The position numbers and the translations under genes are program-made. Source: Naegleria gruberi (Eukaryota). From it: 64,000 nucleotides of DNA. This document shows, one piece after another, positions 59,208 through 64,000 of this stretch (the first letter of the stretch is position 1; each line of letters starts with the position of its first letter). The notes under the pieces are model-generated. The model was given only the letters and a program-made list of their open reading frames with translations. It had not been told where the DNA came from and made no database searches. The stretch lies in the NCBI GenBank assembly GCA_000004985.1, contig GG738909.1. One strand, 5' to 3'.

Positions 59208-62087
59208 CTAACTTACCAATAACATAAAGGGATAACTTGACAGAAAACTCTCTAGGTCTGCTAGTCCAAATTTAGAAATAGTTTCAGAGTGTGTATAGAA
59301 TAAATTTGTAATATCTGCAATAGTGGTATTAGTAGTGGTCGAAATGTTATAAACCTTATCGATTTCTGTTGCTGGCCATGAAGTTGGTAAATTGAAAGTG
59401 TAATAAATTTCATGATATTCAGAGTACATTTCCTGTGTGAATTTTCCGTCATGAACCAATTCTCGCACTGATTTCAAAATGTCCCTGTAAGTATTAATGT
59501 GTTCTAACATTTCTTCATGATAATGTTCCAAAGAAGTATATCCATACTTGGACATGACATTCATCCATTCAACCATTGAGTGATTGTACAAATATGTGAT
59601 TGGTTGAAAAGCTCTCATACTAGACATGATCTGAACAGAGGCGCCAACTGGAGCACAAGCTGTTTCCACTATTTTAACAGTGCCTGAAATATAGGATGAG
59701 AATGAAACACTCAAAGCCAAACTAACACTCAAAAACAAGATGGAAAATAAGACAAATAGAGAGAAGAGGAAAACTTGGAGAGTGTGTCTGTGTGGAAGGC
59801 TCAGTGAAGTTCTGAATACGTTTTCCTTTCTAAATTCTGGATTATTCTCAATTCCATTGAATTCTGGATTGGTTTCTGCCTCTTTCTGATCGCCATAGAA
59901 TGAACTGCTCTCACTTCTAATGTCGTGTTCCTGGAGATGGATACCAATATTTGGGCCTTCTTGTGTTGGAACTATTCTGTTTTTAAACTTGGACTTTTGA
60001 TTCCTCTTCTTTCTTAATTGAGCATTTCTTTTGGTTTCTTCCTCTTCCAAACTTGATGCTTCAGCATACAGCTCTTGAGCAGCATCCTTATTAAACTTGA
60101 ATTCTTCAATGTATTTGGCAAAATTTCGTAATAAATTCTTGTCATTCTTATAAATTGCCAACATGTTCAAAAACTTGGTTTCACATTCATTGGAAATAAT
60201 TCCCATTCTTACAATGATTGATTCAATCTTATCCCTCAAGACACATTCCTGGAGCATTTCCTTCCAGAACATTCTGTGAAGGGCTTTCAATTCATTTTGT
60301 CTCCTTTCGAGAATGAACATTACTTCACTCATTTCTTCAGTATTTTTGGCATTTGGATTAATTTGATGAACTATAATGTCAACTTCCTTCTGTTTCAAAT
60401 AGATGAGGAATCTATACCATGTATTTGGTCTCTTTTTTATGGCTCTCCTTAAAATTCCTTTGGAAAATGTTGTGGCATTGACATCATTTACGAGACAATT
60501 TGATGCTATAGAACTTGATAAGAGAAGAATATCATTATCGAGTTGTGAGTTGAGTGATGATATACCTCTAACAAGAGAAAGAGACATTTTCAGATTGCTC
60601 AACATATTTGGATTGCTGGAAAGAGTTGGATCTTCTTCATCTGTTGGAATCTTTTCCTTAATGGAGAATTTCAAAAAAAGTTTCAGATAATTCAACTTTT
60701 TGGATTCTAGAAAGTATTGGTAAATATTAATGGAATCCTTCTCGATTGCCTTTTCCAGTAAATCAGGGAAACCATTATTAGATTCATTTCTAATACCTTC
60801 AATTACAATAAATCGAACACTTCTAATCAAAATTCTTGTAATCGCCTCCATTACCATCATTCCAACAAAAAAAGAGATGATAATCATTGCCAAAGTCATT
60901 CCAGCTAGACCAATTCCCAGCACATTATCAACTGACTTGTAAATTGCCGAAAGATTTGGATTATTTACAACGCCACTAATTAGAGAACCAAAACTTGAGA
61001 AGATCCTTGCAGATAACACTCCAACCATAATGGAATTCTCAAATCTCTTAAAATATGGAACGTTTTTCGAAAAACCAATCATTAAACCAATCGAAACTAT
61101 CAAATGCACAATCGATCTGATAAATGCATACTGAGGAGGAATCACATAATGTGAAAGAATTTGGAATTGAGTACAAATCATTGTTCCAATAAGGAAAATT
61201 GGATGATCAGAAGTGAATGGAGAAAAGTGTTGGGGATGACAATTCGTCACAATTAATAGAGAAAAACATGATAATATCATTTGAATGATTATTCCAATAA
61301 TCATGATGGCCATGAAGGCAATATTAATAGTTGAATAACATTCAATGTTCTGGTTTGAATATTGTAAAAAACGGTTGAGAACTGAGACAGAACCAAGATT
61401 ACAATCAAGTGGTGTTGTCAATAGGTAAACAGCTGGAAGAGAAACGAGTAGAAAAAGTTTCGAACCAAGGGCCAAACCTTTCTTTGTCCATTTCAAATAT
61501 TGAGAAGTTGTTTTGTAAGCATACACACTCCAAACCAAGTAAACAATAAATAACAGCTCTACAGCTATAACCACAAACGCTAGAGCCAACGAACCTATAT
61601 AAGGTAACCTTTCGAATGATAAAGTCAAAGGATAGTTCAATACAGAAAAAACCCATGTTCCCCACTCTCCGTATTTCATTTCCATTCCAAGATTTGGCAA
61701 GAATATACCAATCCAAAATACATAAGTATGAAATAGTAAACTAATCAAATAGGAATATAGACCTTCTCTTAATTGTGCCTCTTGCATGAAGAATATAAAA
61801 TCCATAAGTTGATTTCTGAGCTTGATTCCAATCGAAATCTCAGAGCCAGTAATATCTGTTGTTGAATATTTGGAATGTTGGGACGAGAAGGATACATTTG
61901 ATGAGCTAGAGGTATGTTGTCCATGAACTGAGGGAATATTCAGATAACTTGTTGGAGTCGTCTGGTTTCTAGCAACGGTTGACCCACGACGTGAAGTACT
62001 AGCAATAGAGATTGAATCCTCTTCTATGGCAATATTGTTGTTGTTAGTATTATTCAATTGATTTATACTAGCATTGGGATGCAACAT
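59208..62087 (-). CDS. Large multipass membrane protein: about 9 N-terminal TM helices, a cytosolic region of about 330 aa, then further TM and an extracellular segment. The C-terminal end is most likely spliced (59216..59176 intron) onto the ACG-like cyclase ORF downstream.
   Basis: The ORF ends ...SYPFMLL followed by GTAAGTTAG (the stop is inside a consensus donor). A CAG acceptor sits 41 nt later, in frame with YFNSERMVTAYSDF... of the next ORF. Hydrophobic helix clusters at residues about 100-440 and about 750-775. No family recognised. Confidence 0.55.
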   Translation of the reverse strand: MLHPNASINQLNNTNNNNIAIEEDSISIASTSRRGSTVARNQTTPTSYLNIPSVHGQHTSSSSNVSFSSQHSKYSTTDITGSEISIGIKLRNQLMDFIFFMQEAQLREGLYSYLISLLFHTYVFWIGIFLPNLGMEMKYGEWGTWVFSVLNYPLTLSFERLPYIGSLALAFVVIAVELLFIVYLVWSVYAYKTTSQYLKWTKKGLALGSKLFLLVSLPAVYLLTTPLDCNLGSVSVLNRFLQYSNQNIECYSTINIAFMAIMIIGIIIQMILSCFSLLIVTNCHPQHFSPFTSDHPIFLIGTMICTQFQILSHYVIPPQYAFIRSIVHLIVSIGLMIGFSKNVPYFKRFENSIMVGVLSARIFSSFGSLISGVVNNPNLSAIYKSVDNVLGIGLAGMTLAMIIISFFVGMMVMEAITRILIRSVRFIVIEGIRNESNNGFPDLLEKAIEKDSINIYQYFLESKKLNYLKLFLKFSIKEKIPTDEEDPTLSSNPNMLSNLKMSLSLVRGISSLNSQLDNDILLLSSSIASNCLVNDVNATTFSKGILRRAIKKRPNTWYRFLIYLKQKEVDIIVHQINPNAKNTEEMSEVMFILERRQNELKALHRMFWKEMLQECVLRDKIESIIVRMGIISNECETKFLNMLAIYKNDKNLLRNFAKYIEEFKFNKDAAQELYAEASSLEEEETKRNAQLRKKRNQKSKFKNRIVPTQEGPNIGIHLQEHDIRSESSSFYGDQKEAETNPEFNGIENNPEFRKENVFRTSLSLPHRHTLQVFLFSLFVLFSILFLSVSLALSVSFSSYISGTVKIVETACAPVGASVQIMSSMRAFQPITYLYNHSMVEWMNVMSKYGYTSLEHYHEEMLEHINTYRDILKSVRELVHDGKFTQEMYSEYHEIYYTFNLPTSWPATEIDKVYNISTTTNTTIADITNLFYTHSETISKFGLADLESFLSSYPFMLLVS

Positions 62088-62563
62088 GTTTTTTTGTAGT
62101 TGTTTTGTTGTAGACTTTCGTTTGGAATGAATCTAAGAATTATTTTCTAATCCATTGTTTGAAACTTTCTGATTTAAACTTGATAGAGAATTTGGATATA
62201 AATAGAAATATTAAGCAGTGTACCGTTAGAATTTAAAATACAATAATGAGCTAGATGTGTTTTCAGGTAATGCACATATACAGATTATGTAATTCTTGAA
62301 GAAGTATTAAATAACTTCATTTAACTTCATTTAGCTAGAATGCTAGCACCATACAATTATACATCAGATTGATTCATTATGAAAACATGTCTGTGTCCAT
62401 TTAAATACAGTTCCCTGTTTGCATTCCGTGCTTGTAATATAATAATAATTACTATCATCATTAGTGATAATTATCACTACATATTCGAAAAATCAGCTGC
62501 CAAGTATCATCTGTAGTTTTTTTTACGTTATTTTTGGTGGGAAATTTTTAGGGAAAGTTTTCT

Positions 62564-63926
62564 GTGGAGGAGTGTGATAAAATTTTCAAAGCAATAGATA
62601 AACCAAATTTATATCTTCTAACAACGTTTCTTAAAAAACCAATAGATATGCAAAGGAAAAGGGACTTGTGGAAGCAATTTGATAACATGATTCAGAAAAT
62701 GTCAATTCAACAAAAGAAAAAAACATCAATTCATATTTGTGGAATTTCATCATTAGGGAAATGTGCCAATACAATTTCCAATCGGCAATGGATTATTTCT
62801 ACTTGGTGAAGAGAAAATCTAGCTTTATTGGAGAAGTACACTTTGAATAATTTATTAAATTCGTGCAGTACTTTTGGAACGTGGGAGGCTGAGTTTATAT
62901 TTCGAAACATTGAGGCACGTGACAAGTTTCATTATTCCTGCTACATCAAAGCTGGATGCACCACAAAAGAATCTGCTTTAAAGCTGGAAGAATTAATTAT
63001 TAATAGTGGATTTTTCAATGATATAATTGTCCAAACAAGCCTCATTTCTATGTTCTCCAAGTGTGGGTTATTAGAAAGGTCTATTGAACTGTTCAACAGC
63101 ATGGAGAAGAAACCAACAGCAAGATGGAATGCAATGCTTTCCGCATACGCACATCACTCTCTTTACAATGAAGTACTACTGTTATTCAGCGAGATGGAGG
63201 AATCTTCAATTGAGACGGACAAGCAAACTTTTAGCTATGCTATTCTAGCCCTATCGAGTCTTGGAAAATCTCACTATCATGCACTAATCAAGGGATGTAT
63301 TAACAGTTCGAATTTCTCAAGCTTTGAATGTTTTAGAGCTGATGAAAAGAAAGCGAATTCCACTAAGCTCTCGAATATTTATATCACTCATGAATGAATG
63401 CATCAAAAGTGGTATTTTGTATGATGCAAAAGTTTTACATCAAGAAATTGTTGAAAATCTACCTTCTTTTTTGTCTGATCCCTTTCTGGTAGTGTCATTA
63501 ATTAATATGCTTGGTTGTTTCAATCAGTCCCAGGCAGTATTGGATGTTTTTGGTGGGTACAATGGACAAGATGTGGCCGTGTTAAATGTTACATTGTCAG
63601 CTCTTTACAAGGATGGTTTAATTCATAATGCTCTCAATCTATTCTATGAAAATACGAAAAATTACAAGTTTGATGAAAAAACATTTACAATTATTTTAAC
63701 AATGTGCAAAGACATGCAAAACGACGATAGTGTAAAGGGTCAACAATATTTTGAAATGATGAAACAATATGAAGTTGAACCAAATATCTTCCATTATACA
63801 TGTCTTATCAAGTGTTTTCTCTCAGAAAAGCAATTTGAAAGGGCTCTGGATATTCTCTTTGATATTCATTTGAAAGGAATTCTAATTGATGATGCTTGCT
63901 TTAACTCTTCCGGGGGGTCTCTTTAA
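62564..63926 (+). pseudogene. Plant-type PLS-class pentatricopeptide-repeat (PPR) protein gene, with an in-frame TGA (62807-62809) and a +1 frame change near 63300. Either disrupted or mis-assembled. The 3' end may continue past the last stop.
   Basis: PPR/PLS-like units: SLISMFSKCGLLERSIELFNSMEKKPTARWNAMLSAYAHHS, EVLLLFSEMEESSIETDKQTFSYAILALSSLG, ALNVLELMKRKRIPLSSRIFISLMNECIKSGILYDAKVLHQEIVEN, DVAVLNVTLSALYKDGLIHNALNLFYENTKNYKFDEKTFTIILTMCKD. Three track ORFs (62564..62809, 62828..63397 and 63324..63926) are separated by one stop and one frame change. Confidence 0.6.
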
Positions 63927-64000
63927 ATCATGATCATTATGAAAATTACAATGGAATTGCATCAAATAATCATCACGATGAAGGAAACTTTTCATTCTTC

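Noticed and set aside
62795-62827. Considered a tiny intron (GTGAAGAG...CTAG, about 17 nt) to remove the in-frame TGA in the PPR gene
   Set aside because: It is far below the 41-137-nt intron sizes observed in this window. No spliceosomal intron that short is expected, so it is kept as a stop/pseudogene signal.
1-64000. CRISPR arrays, prophage, operon-style defence systems, tRNA genes
   Set aside because: The sequence is eukaryotic: spliceosomal introns, poly-Q/N proteins, Pol III 5S. No direct-repeat/spacer arrays and no cloverleaf-compatible GC-rich 70-90-nt segments with GTTCGAATC-type T-arms were seen.

Overview
The window is nuclear DNA from an AT-rich eukaryote. Features that point to a dictyostelid-type social amoeba are Q/N/S-rich low-complexity coding regions, very short GTAAGT...(Y)AG introns of 41-137 nt, NHL-repeat and EGF-module surface proteins, a SHAQKYF-class Myb, and a 5S rRNA of amoebozoan type. 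It is not a prokaryotic locus, so there are no operons, CRISPR arrays or defence islands. I count about 28 protein-coding genes; in the clearest cases, separate ORFs on the six-frame track turn out to be exons of one gene. There are also two dispersed 5S rRNA genes with Pol III T-run terminators, sitting in a duplicated block of about 290 bp. Genes I could name by homology are:
- BRAP2/IMP (partial at the window edge)
- a secreted heparinase II/III-like enzyme
- two NHL-repeat membrane proteins, one with a receptor-like Ser/Thr kinase
- two paralogous SHAQKYF Myb factors
- MetAP2
- a PAP2/IPC-synthase-like membrane protein
- an NDUFA4-like small subunit
- an Rtt103/RPRD1-like CID protein
- a large C2H2 zinc-finger protein
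- F-box and F-box/Kelch proteins
- an SLC52 riboflavin transporter
- a GNAT acetyltransferase
- a PAP2/vanadium-haloperoxidase-like secreted protein
- a TIP30/HTATIP2-like oxidoreductase
- AP-2 alpha-adaptin
- an ACG-like PAS + class III nucleotidyl cyclase, apparently fused to a large N-terminal multipass membrane domain
- a plant-type PLS-class PPR protein
The most interesting observations are the roughly 1760-aa multipass-membrane/cyclase fusion, three genes with apparent recent disruptions (a -1 frameshift in the kinase, a 35-bp tandem duplication in the GNAT gene, and a stop plus frameshift in the PPR gene), the 5S duplication block, and an unusual RNase-H1-N-terminal-like + CCCH gene.
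Coordinates carry about +/-1-2 nt uncertainty, because the printed sequence and the ORF track disagree by one base at a few line breaks in homopolymer runs. Where they disagreed I trusted the track.
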